In this document: positions 1-9,379 of the stretch, piece after piece
Position numbering within the stretch: the stretch's first letter is position 1
How the letters are laid out: every line of letters starts with the position of its first letter
Assembly: GCA_021774445.1 (NCBI GenBank)
Contig: JAJFJA010000059.1
Coordinates: 155,830 to 219,829 of the forward strand
Reading direction: 5' to 3'
DNA length: 64,000 nt
DNA from: Alphaproteobacteria bacterium
GTDB lineage: Bacteria > Pseudomonadota > Alphaproteobacteria > UBA6615
Notes under the pieces: model-generated
The model's input: only the letters and a program-made list of their open reading frames with translations
Told to the model about the DNA's origin: nothing
The model's database searches: none
Program-made: the position numbers and the translations under genes

Positions 1-354
1 CAAGGGCGGTCCGCTCCATTATGCACGCTCGGCCCCTGAATATACGTTAAGCGATTCGTTCTCAAGCGGCGGCGACTTACGCACAGGTGCCGGTGAATAG
101 CGGGAGAAACCACAATTTCGCCCTAATCCAAACCAACTGCCGTCACACCGGAGCGGTCAAATCCAACTGTGGACGGCGGCGCAAGTCGCCGCCACGGTAG
201 CCTCCGACAGCCCCTTCTCGGGTTGACTAACTAAGGCCCTGCGGCCGCCGGTTCCCCCACCGGCGGCCGCAACTCTTTGCCCCGACTGCCTAGCTTTCGC
301 TTCCGGCGACGGCCCGCCTTGCGTTATGGTGCGCGCCCACCAGGTTCTTCAGCC

Positions 355-1011
355 ATGCACAGCTTTATCGGCCGCAAGCTCGTCTGTTATCGCGGTGAAC
401 GCCGCGTCCTTAATGAGGTCGACTTCGCCGTCGCTCGTGGTGGGGCGCTGTTGTTGACCGGCGCCAATGGCAGCGGCAAATCTAGCCTCCTTCGCGCGAT
501 GGCCGGGCTGTTGCGGCCCACGGCCGGCACCATCACCTGGAACGACCAGGATATTGCCGACGATCTCGAGGCGCATCGCGCCCGTGTCGCCTATGTCGGC
601 CATCTCGACGCCCTGAAGCCGGTCCTGAGCGTGCGCGAGAATGTCTCATTCTGGGCCCAACTTGCCGGCAAAACCGATTCTAGTGCGGTCGAATCCGCGC
701 TCGCCGGCTTCCACATCGGGCATCTTGCCGATTTGCCGACGCGGATCCTCTCTCAGGGCCAGCGCCGCCGCGCCAATCTTGCACGCCTGCTGGCGGCGCC
801 GACGCCGCTTTGGTTGCTCGACGAACCCACCGTCGGGCTCGACACCGCCGCCATTTCCGCGCTGGATACGGCCATCGGCGCCCACCGCGGCAAGGGCGGC
901 ATCGTTATCGCCGCCAGCCACATCGTCGAACCCTCGCCGGACGTCGATCGCCTTGAGCTTACCGCCAAGCGCCCGGCGCCTGCCTCCTCGGTTGCCGAGG
1001 ATCGACTGTGA
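355..1011 (+). CDS. ccmA: heme exporter ATP-binding protein CcmA (cytochrome c maturation)
   Basis: Walker A GANGSGKSS, ABC signature LSQGQRRR, Walker B LWLLDEP; first of a ccmA-I run; ATG at 355 chosen inside longer ORF 277..1011. Confidence 0.85.
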   Translation: MHSFIGRKLVCYRGERRVLNEVDFAVARGGALLLTGANGSGKSSLLRAMAGLLRPTAGTITWNDQDIADDLEAHRARVAYVGHLDALKPVLSVRENVSFWAQLAGKTDSSAVESALAGFHIGHLADLPTRILSQGQRRRANLARLLAAPTPLWLLDEPTVGLDTAAISALDTAIGAHRGKGGIVIAASHIVEPSPDVDRLELTAKRPAPASSVAEDRL

Positions 1012-1673
1012 AACCCGCGCTGGTGGTCTTACGCCGAGAACTTCACCTGGCCCTCCGCGGCAGTGGTGACAGTGCCGCGACAGTGCTGTTTTTCGTCCTT
1101 GCGGCCATCCTCTTTCCGTTCGGCGTCGGGCCGGAGCCGGGTGTGCTCACCCGCATCGGCGCCGGTGTGATCTGGGTTGTGGCATTGATGGCGGCTATAT
1201 TGAGCCTCGAACGCCTATTCCTGTCCGACTATGAGGATGGCAGCCTCGATCTCCTAGCAATGGCGCCGCTGCCCCTCGAATTTGTCGTTCTGGCGAAAAT
1301 GGCCGCCCATTGGTTGACCACCGGACTGCCCTTGATCGTCGCCACCCCGCTCCTGGCGCTATTCTATGGTTTACCGGCCGAGACCTTGCCCATGCTGCTG
1401 CTGACCATGCTGATCGGCACGCCGACACTGAGTCTGGTTGGCAGTATTGGCGCCGCGCTCACGCTCGGCGCCCGCCGCGGCGGCGTGTTGCTGTCGCTGC
1501 TCGTTCTGCCGCTCTATATTCCGGTGCTTATTTTCGGTGTTGGCGCCATCGACGCCGCGGTTGCGGACTTACCGGTGCGCCCCCATTTGTTGATTCTCGG
1601 CGGCCTGCTGGCGGCGGCGCTGCCGTTGTGCCCTTGGGCGGCCGCGGCGGCCTTGCGCCAAGCCCTGGACTAG
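1008..1673 (+). CDS. ccmB: heme exporter permease CcmB
   Basis: polytopic membrane protein with CcmB-like sequence; GTG start overlaps ccmA stop (GTGA). Confidence 0.85.
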   Translation: MKPALVVLRRELHLALRGSGDSAATVLFFVLAAILFPFGVGPEPGVLTRIGAGVIWVVALMAAILSLERLFLSDYEDGSLDLLAMAPLPLEFVVLAKMAAHWLTTGLPLIVATPLLALFYGLPAETLPMLLLTMLIGTPTLSLVGSIGAALTLGARRGGVLLSLLVLPLYIPVLIFGVGAIDAAVADLPVRPHLLILGGLLAAALPLCPWAAAAALRQALD

Positions 1674-1687
1674 CGAGGACGTGATCA

Positions 1688-2419
1688 TTGGCCAACCTGC
1701 ACCGCTTCGCCAATCCTAACCGCTTTCTGCGTCTCAGCCGCGCCATCCTGCCATGGTCGGCCAGCTTGACGGTGCTGCTGTTTATCGTTGGTCTCTACTT
1801 CGCGTTATTCGCCTCACCGGCCGATTATCAGCAAGGCGAAACCGTCCGTATTATGTATGTCCATGTGCCGTCGGCCTGGATCGCCATGCTGTGTTACTCG
1901 GTCATGGCCGCCGCCAGCGCCACCGCCTTGATCTGGCGGCACCCGTTGGCTGATATAACCGCCCGCGCCGCGGCCCCGATCGGCGCCGGCTTCACCCTCA
2001 TCGTCCTCGCCACCGGCTCGCTGTGGGGCAAGCCCATGTGGGGCACATGGTGGGTCTGGGACGCCCGGCTTACATCGGTGCTAATCCTGTTTTTCCTTTA
2101 TCTCGGCCATATCGCGCTGAGTCGGGCTTTCGACGACCCCACCCGCGGCGCCCGCGCCGCCGCCGTGCTGGCCCTGGTCGGCTTCGTCAATGTGCCGATT
2201 ATCAAATTCTCCGTCGATTGGTGGAACACTTTGCACCAGCCGGCCAGCGTCAGCCGCTTGGCCGCCCCGGCGATCGACCCCGCCATGCTGCGGCCTCTGC
2301 TGCTGATGGCCCTGGCCTTCACGGCCTATTTTGTAACCCTGCTGCTGCTGCGCATTCGCGCCGAATTGACCAGTCGCAAGATCCGCGCCCTGCAGCTCGC
2401 CCAGGCCTCGGCGGAATAA
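1688..2419 (+). CDS. ccmC: heme exporter protein CcmC
   Basis: WWD-domain motif FSVDWWNTLHQ, N-terminal region typical of CcmC (PADYQQGE); TTG start per ORF track. Confidence 0.85.
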   Translation: MANLHRFANPNRFLRLSRAILPWSASLTVLLFIVGLYFALFASPADYQQGETVRIMYVHVPSAWIAMLCYSVMAAASATALIWRHPLADITARAAAPIGAGFTLIVLATGSLWGKPMWGTWWVWDARLTSVLILFFLYLGHIALSRAFDDPTRGARAAAVLALVGFVNVPIIKFSVDWWNTLHQPASVSRLAAPAIDPAMLRPLLLMALAFTAYFVTLLLLRIRAELTSRKIRALQLAQASAE

Positions 2420-2640
2420 CATGGCGACATCACCTCATTTGCACCCCAATTTTCGCGCGCCACCGGGTTCTATATCACCCCCCGGCTCTAAATCACTCGC
2501 GGGTCAAAACGCTGTGAAAATAACGGGATATCACCTTCTGGACATGTTTATGGGCGGCGCCGATGTTATCTAATGCCTTGGATCGTCGGACCCGGCGGTC
2601 GCCGCAGCCCGTATTCGGGAAGAATCACGAGTAGCGCGCC

Positions 2641-2862
2641 ATGGATCGGATCTACGAGTATTTACAGATGGGCGGCCATGCAGCCTTTATCTGGCCAGCC
2701 TTGGGCCTGACCGCCACGGTGCTGATCCTCATGCTCGTCCTTAGCCTGCATGACCTGCGCACCGGCGAGGCCGTGCTGCGCCGGCTGGAAGCCACCCGCA
2801 CCCCGCGCCGCGCCCGCCGGTCGCCACCGGACTCCCACCCGGAGCCGAACTATGAAGCCTAA
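2641..2862 (+). CDS. ccmD: heme exporter protein CcmD (small membrane protein)
   Basis: small single-TM ORF (IWPALGLTATVLILMLVLSLHDL) between ccmC and ccmE; overlaps ccmE start. Confidence 0.65.
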   Translation: MDRIYEYLQMGGHAAFIWPALGLTATVLILMLVLSLHDLRTGEAVLRRLEATRTPRRARRSPPDSHPEPNYEA

Positions 2863-3325
2863 GCGCCGCCGCCTCTATTTCGTGCTCTTCGGCATGGCGA
2901 CGCTTGGTGTCGCCGCGGCACTGGTGCTGTCTGCCTTTCAGGACAATCTGGTATTCTTCTACAGTCCCAGCGATCTTGCCGAGCGCCAAGTCGAACCCGG
3001 TCGCCGCCTGCGCCTTGGTGGACTGGTCGAGGCAGGCAGCGTGCAGCGCGATGGCAGCACCGTGCATTTCACGGTCACGGACCTGGCGCAGACGGTGCAG
3101 GTGTCATTCACCGGGATCCTGCCCGACTTGTTTCGCGAGGGCCAAGGCGTGGTCACCGAAGGCACCGTCCAACGCGACGGCAGTTTTCTCGCCAGCGACG
3201 TTCTCGCCAAGCATGACGAGACCTATCTCCCCAAAGAAGTCGCCGACGCGCTGAAGGCCTCGGGCCAGTGGCGAGACGGCGCCGAAAACCAGGCCCTCGA
3301 AGGGTCGGAGGGCACAGCTCAATGA
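2852..3325 (+). CDS. ccmE: cytochrome c-type biogenesis heme chaperone CcmE
   Basis: N-terminal anchor MKPKRRRLYFVLFG plus OB-fold body (LVFFYSPSDL...VQVSF); ATG at 2852 inside ORF 2750..3325. Confidence 0.85.
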   Translation: MKPKRRRLYFVLFGMATLGVAAALVLSAFQDNLVFFYSPSDLAERQVEPGRRLRLGGLVEAGSVQRDGSTVHFTVTDLAQTVQVSFTGILPDLFREGQGVVTEGTVQRDGSFLASDVLAKHDETYLPKEVADALKASGQWRDGAENQALEGSEGTAQ

Positions 3326-5325
3326 TCGCCGAAATCGGCCAGTTCGCCCTTGCTCTGGCGCTCGTCGTCGCGGTCGTTCAATCGGTGATTCCGCTGATTG
3401 GCGCCCAACGTGGCAACGCGACCCTAATGATGATCGCCCGGCCGGCCGCCCAATCCCTGGTGCTACTGGTCGCCGTCGCTTACGCCGCCCTGACCTACGC
3501 TTTCGTCGTTTCCGATTTTTCCGTCACCACGGTGGCCGGCAACAGCCATTCTCTCAAACCCATGCTCTACAAGGTAAGCGGCGTTTGGGCCAACCACGAA
3601 GGCTCGATGCTGCTGTGGGTCGTCATTCTCGCGGTATTCGGCGCCGCCGTCGCCCAATTCGGCAACAACCTGCCGCTGTCTCTCAAATCGCGTGCCCTCG
3701 CGGTGCAGGGCATGATCGCCACGGCCTTTCTCGCCTTCATTCTATTCACCTCCAACCCTTTCCTGCGCATCGACCCCGCGCCGTTGGATGGCCGCGGCCT
3801 CAATCCACTGTTGCAAGACCCTGGTTTGGCTTTTCATCCACCGCTGCTCTATCTCGGTTATGTCGGCTTCTCAGTCGCTTTTTCCTTCGCCGTCGCCGCT
3901 CTCATCGAGGGCCGTGTCGATGCCGCTTGGGGTCGTTGGGTGCGACCCTGGACGTTGGCCGCCTGGACCTTCCTCACCGGCGGTATCGCCTTGGGCAGTT
4001 GGTGGGCCTATTACGAACTCGGTTGGGGCGGCTGGTGGTTCTGGGACCCGGTGGAGAATGCCAGCTTCATGCCCTGGTTATTGGGCACCGCCCTACTTCA
4101 TTCGGCGATCGTCGTGGAGAAGCGCGACACCTTGAAGTCCTGGACTATCCTGCTCGCGATCCTGACCTTCTCCTTGAGTCTGCTCGGCACCTTCATTGTC
4201 CGCTCCGGCGTCCTCACGTCGGTCCACGCCTTCGCCACCGATCCCACCCGCGGCATTTTCATCCTGGCGATTCTCGTCTTCGCCGTCGGCGGCTCCTTGG
4301 TCCTTTATGCCTTGCGTGCGCCCATACTGAAGGCCGGCGGGCTTTACACCCCGGTGAGCCGGGAGGGCGGCTTGATTCTCAACAATCTGTTGCTCGCCCT
4401 GGCCTGCGCCACGGTCTTGCTCGGCACCCTGTATCCCCTATTGCTCGAGGCCATGACCGACGGCCGCGACAAGGTCTCGGTTGGGCCGCCCTACTTCAAC
4501 GCCACCTTCGTACCGATCATGGTGCCCCTGTTCCTGGCCATGGCCATCGGCCCCTATCTGGCCTGGAAACGTGGTAATCTGAAGATGATCTCGCGCCGCA
4601 TGATCGTCTCCCTCATCGGCGCCGTGGCGACCATAGCCACCACCTTCCTGCTTATCCCCGATGGTCCGACGCTGACCCCTTTCGCCATGGGCATGGCCGC
4701 CTGGCTCTTCCTCGGCACCGCCTCCGAATGGGCCGATCGCATCAAGTTATTTCGCGCTCCACCGCGTGAGTCCCTGCGCCGTCTGCAAGGTTTGCCCCGT
4801 TCGGCCACCGGCATGACTCTCGCCCATATCGGGGTCGCCGTGATGATCATCGGCGTCGCCGGTTCGTCGTCTTGGCAGACCGAGTCGATTCAAGTCTTAC
4901 GCCCGGGCGAGAGCGTCCCGGTCGCCGGTTATGATTTCCGCCTCGACGATGTCCGCGATGGCACCGGCCCCAACTATACGCTGCAGCGCGCCACGGTGAC
5001 TGTCAGCCGCAACGGCCGCGTCTTCGCCGAGTTGTATCCGGAAACCCGCTTCTTCCCGGTCGCCGGCCAATCCACCACCGAAGCCGCCATTCGCACCACC
5101 CCCTTCGCCGACCTTTATGCGGTGATTGGCGAGCCCGATGGCAGCGGCGGCTGGACCACCCGGTTTTACCGCAATCCTCTGGTGCCCTGGATTTGGTATG
5201 GCGCCTTGATCATGGTCGCCGGCGGCTTTCTGTCGCTCAGCGACCGCCGTCATCGGGTCGGCGCTCCGCGACGGGAAAAATCGCCGCAACCGGCGATCTC
5301 GTCCCACCCGGCGGCAGCGGAGTAG
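3322..5325 (+). CDS. ccmF: cytochrome c-type biogenesis protein CcmF (heme lyase component)
   Basis: about 667-aa polytopic protein with WWD-like region (WGGWWFWDPVEN); ATGA overlap with ccmE. Confidence 0.85.
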   Translation: MIAEIGQFALALALVVAVVQSVIPLIGAQRGNATLMMIARPAAQSLVLLVAVAYAALTYAFVVSDFSVTTVAGNSHSLKPMLYKVSGVWANHEGSMLLWVVILAVFGAAVAQFGNNLPLSLKSRALAVQGMIATAFLAFILFTSNPFLRIDPAPLDGRGLNPLLQDPGLAFHPPLLYLGYVGFSVAFSFAVAALIEGRVDAAWGRWVRPWTLAAWTFLTGGIALGSWWAYYELGWGGWWFWDPVENASFMPWLLGTALLHSAIVVEKRDTLKSWTILLAILTFSLSLLGTFIVRSGVLTSVHAFATDPTRGIFILAILVFAVGGSLVLYALRAPILKAGGLYTPVSREGGLILNNLLLALACATVLLGTLYPLLLEAMTDGRDKVSVGPPYFNATFVPIMVPLFLAMAIGPYLAWKRGNLKMISRRMIVSLIGAVATIATTFLLIPDGPTLTPFAMGMAAWLFLGTASEWADRIKLFRAPPRESLRRLQGLPRSATGMTLAHIGVAVMIIGVAGSSSWQTESIQVLRPGESVPVAGYDFRLDDVRDGTGPNYTLQRATVTVSRNGRVFAELYPETRFFPVAGQSTTEAAIRTTPFADLYAVIGEPDGSGGWTTRFYRNPLVPWIWYGALIMVAGGFLSLSDRRHRVGAPRREKSPQPAISSHPAAAE

Positions 5326-5328
5326 TCC

Positions 5329-5868
5329 ATGCGGCGCCTCTTTTTCCTGCTCCCGATCCTTATCTTCGTCGCCTTGGCCGCCATTTTCGCCAGCCGCCTC
5401 GATGGCAACCTTGACCCAAGCGCTCTGCCATCGGCACTGCTCGACAAGCCGGCGCCGGAATTTGCCCTGCCCGGCCTCGAAGGCCGGCCGCAAAAGCCCG
5501 GCTTTGCCACCGCCGATCTGTCCGGCCAAGTAACCATCGTCAATATCTTCGCCTCCTGGTGCGTCCCCTGCTTGGCCGAACACCCTCTGATCACCCGGCT
5601 GGCCGAGGATGGCGCCACCATCTACGGCATCAATTATCGCGATACCGACCCCGCCGCGGCCCGGTGGCTGGACAAGCATGGCGATCCCTATGCCCGCATC
5701 GGCGCCGACCGCGACGCCCGTGCCAGCCTCGAATGGGGCGTCACCGGCGTACCCGAGACCTTTATCCTCGACAGCACCGGGCGCATTCGCCACAAACAGG
5801 CGGGTCCCCTGACCCCGGCCATCGTCGAACAGGTAATCCTGCCCATTCTTGCCGAGCTCGGCCAATGA
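5329..5868 (+). CDS. ccmG: thiol:disulfide interchange protein CcmG/DsbE
   Basis: thioredoxin-fold CXXC motif WCVPC; N-terminal membrane anchor. Confidence 0.85.
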   Translation: MRRLFFLLPILIFVALAAIFASRLDGNLDPSALPSALLDKPAPEFALPGLEGRPQKPGFATADLSGQVTIVNIFASWCVPCLAEHPLITRLAEDGATIYGINYRDTDPAAARWLDKHGDPYARIGADRDARASLEWGVTGVPETFILDSTGRIRHKQAGPLTPAIVEQVILPILAELGQ

Positions 5869-6413
5869 CACGTGTCGTCTTCATCATCGCCCTACTGCTG
5901 CCGCTGACCCTGCTGGCGGCCCGGCCGGCCGTGGCCGTAGAACCGGACGAGATCCTCGCCGATTCCGCGTTGGAAACCCGGGCGCGGGAGATCTCCAAGG
6001 GCCTGCGCTGCGTGGTGTGCCAAAACCAGTCGATCGACGACTCTAATGCCGAGATTGCCCGCGACTTGCGTATTCTCGTGCGCGAACGCCTGCTCCTCGG
6101 CGAGGACAACAAACAAGTCGTCAACTATGTTGTGGCCCGCTACGGCGATTATGTCCTCCTCAAACCGCCCTTCCGCCTGTCGACCTCCGCTTTGTGGTTG
6201 GGCCCGCCGATCATGACCGTGCTCGCCATCCTCGTCGTCTTTTTCGCTTATCGCAGCATGCGCAACAGCCAGCCCATTGGCCATGTCGAACCCCTGTCTC
6301 CCGCCGACCGCCGGCGCCTAGACGCGCTCGTCGATCAAGAGATCGACCGGCAGGCCCGGTCCGAACCGTCCGCGATTCCCGCCTCCGAGCTGCGCCGCAA
6401 CGATCACGGCTAA
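5865..6413 (+). CDS. ccmH: cytochrome c-type biogenesis protein CcmH
   Basis: signal peptide plus LRCVVCQNQSIDDS (CXXC) motif; ATGA overlap with ccmG. Confidence 0.8.
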   Translation: MTRVVFIIALLLPLTLLAARPAVAVEPDEILADSALETRAREISKGLRCVVCQNQSIDDSNAEIARDLRILVRERLLLGEDNKQVVNYVVARYGDYVLLKPPFRLSTSALWLGPPIMTVLAILVVFFAYRSMRNSQPIGHVEPLSPADRRRLDALVDQEIDRQARSEPSAIPASELRRNDHG

Positions 6414-7765
6414 TGGCACTCTGGCTCAGCCTTGGCGGCCTCGCGGCGGTCGTTCTGCTCCTGCTGTTGCGGCCTATGTTAAGCGCCGGCGGCGCCGTCG
6501 GGGCCAGCCGTGCCGAACACGATCTTGAGGTTTTCCGGGCTCAGTTGAAGGAGCTCGACCGCGACCGCGACCGCGGTTTGCTGCTCGAACAGGAAGCGGA
6601 GGCCGCCCGTCGCGAAGTCGAACGACGTCTCTTGGCGGCCGGTCAACGGGCCAGTCAAAGTCGCACCATGAGCACTTTTGATTGGCGCGGCCGAACGGCG
6701 CTTGCGCTGCTTCTCGTTATCGCCCTACCGGCCGCGGCGACCGCCCTCTATTTGTCTCTCGGCTCCCCGGGCCTACCCGGACAGCCCTTTGCCAGCCGCC
6801 CGGCGCCGGTCCAGACCGCGCAGGACGACGAGCGCCTCGCCGCCCTGGCAACTTTCGAGCAGCGCAGCCGCGATAATCCCGCCGACACCGCCAACTGGCT
6901 CAACCTCGGCCGTGTCCATTTCGCGCTTGGCCGTTATGAGGATGCCGCCGCCGCCTTCGCACGTGCCATCGACCTGACTGACCGCCACCCCGGGGCCGTG
7001 TCTCTCTACGGCGAGGCCTTGGTCTATGCGGCCGAGGGCTTTGTGACCGAAGGGGCCCGCACGGCTTTCGGCGACGCCCTGGCCGCCGATCCCAACGAGC
7101 CGCGGGCACGCTTTTACCGCGCCCTCGCCGACTATCAAGCCGGCCGCCGGGAGCGCGCTCTTGATGACTGGCTCGATCTGGCCAGCGGCGCCCCGCCGGA
7201 CGCGGTCTGGCTGCCGGCCGTGCGCGATCGCATTCGGGCGGTGGCAACTGAGTTAGGCTTGGATGCCGAGGCCTTGATTGCCGAGGCTGTCCCGCAAGTC
7301 GCCCAATTGCCGCCCGACCAGCAGCTCGAGCAAATCCGCGGCATGGTCGACGGGCTGGCCGCCAGGTTGGCGGACACCCCTGACGATCTCGAAGGGTGGC
7401 TGATGCTCGGCCGGTCATATTTGGTTCTGGGCGAGCCCCGCAACGCCGTGGACGCTCTCGGCCGCGCCGCCGAGCTGGCGCCGGACCGGCCGCAAATCCT
7501 CGCCGCCCTGCTCGTCGCCACAATCACCGCGGCCGAGCAAGACCCGGCCCTTGCCGAAACCATCCCCGCACTGACCGACCGCGTTCTGAACCTCGACCCC
7601 GACAATGTCGACGCCCTTTGGTTCGCCGGCCTGGCCGCCGAACGGTCCGGTGACCCTACCGGCGCCGAAGCCTATTGGCGGCGTTTGCTGGCCCTATTGC
7701 CCGCCAGCGGCGAAGAATATCGCATCGTCACCGGCCGCCTCGACGCCCTAGCACGACCGCGCTAG
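6413..7765 (+). CDS. ccmI: cytochrome c-type biogenesis protein CcmI/CycH (TPR repeats)
   Basis: N-terminal TM plus TPR-like repeats (NWLNLGRVHFALGRYEDAAAAFARAI; GWLMLGRSYLVLGEPRNAVDAL); TAATG overlap with ccmH. Confidence 0.75.
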   Translation: MALWLSLGGLAAVVLLLLLRPMLSAGGAVGASRAEHDLEVFRAQLKELDRDRDRGLLLEQEAEAARREVERRLLAAGQRASQSRTMSTFDWRGRTALALLLVIALPAAATALYLSLGSPGLPGQPFASRPAPVQTAQDDERLAALATFEQRSRDNPADTANWLNLGRVHFALGRYEDAAAAFARAIDLTDRHPGAVSLYGEALVYAAEGFVTEGARTAFGDALAADPNEPRARFYRALADYQAGRRERALDDWLDLASGAPPDAVWLPAVRDRIRAVATELGLDAEALIAEAVPQVAQLPPDQQLEQIRGMVDGLAARLADTPDDLEGWLMLGRSYLVLGEPRNAVDALGRAAELAPDRPQILAALLVATITAAEQDPALAETIPALTDRVLNLDPDNVDALWFAGLAAERSGDPTGAEAYWRRLLALLPASGEEYRIVTGRLDALARPR

Positions 7766-7858
7766 TCCTCCGGCCCTTTTTTGTGACAGAATGACGCATC
7801 CGCGACGCCGGGGCACCTGGGGGGTGGTCCGGTGGTTCAGGCCACGTGGAGAGCGGTT

Positions 7859-8290
7859 ATGAATGTAAAGACCATATTGAACGCCAAGGGCAGCCGCGTT
7901 GAAACGATCCGCCCGACAGAAACCATCGCCGAGGCAGTGAAACGGCTCCGCCAACACAACCTTGGTGCCCTGATCGTCAGCGACGGCGGCAGCACCGTCG
8001 GCGGCATCATCTCTGAGCGCGACATCATTCGGGCTTTGGCCACCACCGGGGCCGGCATCTTGCAGATGCAGGTGGGTGAATTGATGACGGCAAACGTCCA
8101 TACCTGCGCGCCGGATGATACCGTCGCCAATATCATGGGCACCATGACGGCAAAGCGCATTCGCCATCTGCCGGTCGTCGCAGACGGCGCGCTGTGCGGC
8201 GTCATTAGTATCGGCGATGTCGTCAAGGTAAGGCTGGAGGAAGTCGAGTCCGAGGCGCACGCCTTACGCGACTATATCTCCAGCGGCTGA
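7859..8290 (+). CDS. CBS domain pair protein
   Basis: two CBS-like segments (GALIVSDGGSTVGGIISERDIIRAL; HLPVVADGALCGVISIGDVVK). Confidence 0.7.
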   Translation: MNVKTILNAKGSRVETIRPTETIAEAVKRLRQHNLGALIVSDGGSTVGGIISERDIIRALATTGAGILQMQVGELMTANVHTCAPDDTVANIMGTMTAKRIRHLPVVADGALCGVISIGDVVKVRLEEVESEAHALRDYISSG

Positions 8291-8490
8291 CCGACCGGTA
8301 GCCGCGGCGCCCGCGCCGGCAGAAATTTCGGGATCTCCCGCACCACACCGGCGGCGGCCGCCAGCAGGTCTTTGCGCCGCTGCGTCAGCACCAGTTGCTC
8401 GCGGCTCGGCACGCCGCCGACAATGGCGACCCGCGAAAGCCGCACTTCGATTTCGTCGAGTTCATCGGTGGAATGATTCGGCACGATGGT
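8272..8490 (-). CDS. hypothetical small protein (73 aa)
   Basis: ORF with GGAG about 10 nt upstream of ATG; no recognisable domain; could be non-coding. Confidence 0.25.
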   Translation of the reverse strand, partial: TIVPNHSTDELDEIEVRLSRVAIVGGVPSREQLVLTQRRKDLLAAAAGVVREIPKFLPARAPRLPVGQPLEI

Positions 8491-8599
8491 CATGAGCGAA
8501 CGGCTCCATGGCAGACCCTGAAGACCCATCCACATTCCGCGATTATGGTTAATATTCCTTTACCGAGTCCCCCGGTTTGGTTTTCGCGGCCATCGGGCG

Positions 8600-9379
8600 C
8601 TAGTGGGTGACCGGCGGTTCCTGCGCACCGGTCATGATGGCAACCGCATCGGACATTGAGAATTCCTTCGGATTGAGGATGGCGATGCGTTTCCCCAGCC
8701 GATGAATGTGAATACGGTCGGCGACTTCGAAGACATGCGGCATGTTATGGCTGATCAGCACGATCGGCAGGCCGCGCTTTGTCTTCACATCGAGCATCAG
8801 CTCCAACACTTTGCGGGATTCTTTTACGCCGAGCGCGGCGGTCGGCTCGTCCATGATGATGACCCGGCTGCCGAAAGCCGTTGCCCGCACCACGGCAACG
8901 CCTTGACGTTGCCCGCCCGACAACGTCTCCACCGCCTGTGTAATGCTCTGAATGGTGAGCAGACCGAGCGCATTGAGGTGCTGGCGCGCTTCATTTTGCA
9001 TGGCGGTGCGGTCGAGCGTCCGGAACACTTTGCCCAGCACCCCTGCCTTCCGCCGCTCGCGGCCGAGGAACAGGTTGTCGGCAATCGACAGCGCTGGCGA
9101 TAAGGCCAGGTCCTGGTACACCGTCTCGATGCCGACGGCCCTGGCCTCCATCGGCGAGCGGAAATGAACCGGCTGACCGTCCAGGCGAATCTCGCCCTGT
9201 TCCGGCGCGACCGCGCCGGCCAAGGCTTTGATCAGCGTCGACTTACCGGCACCGTTGTCGCCGATAACACCAAGGATCTCGTTCGGCATGAGATCGAAAT
9301 CGGCATGATCGAGGGCCACGACACGGCCGTAGCGCTTGACCAGGCCGCGCGCCGACAGGATCGGTTGCCCCTCCGTCAC
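8600..9379 (-). CDS. sugar ABC transporter ATP-binding protein (single-domain, FrcA-like)
   Basis: Walker A GDNGAGKST, signature LSGGQRQ, Walker B IIMDEPTAAL; GTG start overlapping permease stop (GTGA); upstream ORF extension judged artefact. Confidence 0.8.
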   Translation of the reverse strand: MTEGQPILSARGLVKRYGRVVALDHADFDLMPNEILGVIGDNGAGKSTLIKALAGAVAPEQGEIRLDGQPVHFRSPMEARAVGIETVYQDLALSPALSIADNLFLGRERRKAGVLGKVFRTLDRTAMQNEARQHLNALGLLTIQSITQAVETLSGGQRQGVAVVRATAFGSRVIIMDEPTAALGVKESRKVLELMLDVKTKRGLPIVLISHNMPHVFEVADRIHIHRLGKRIAILNPKEFSMSDAVAIMTGAQEPPVTH

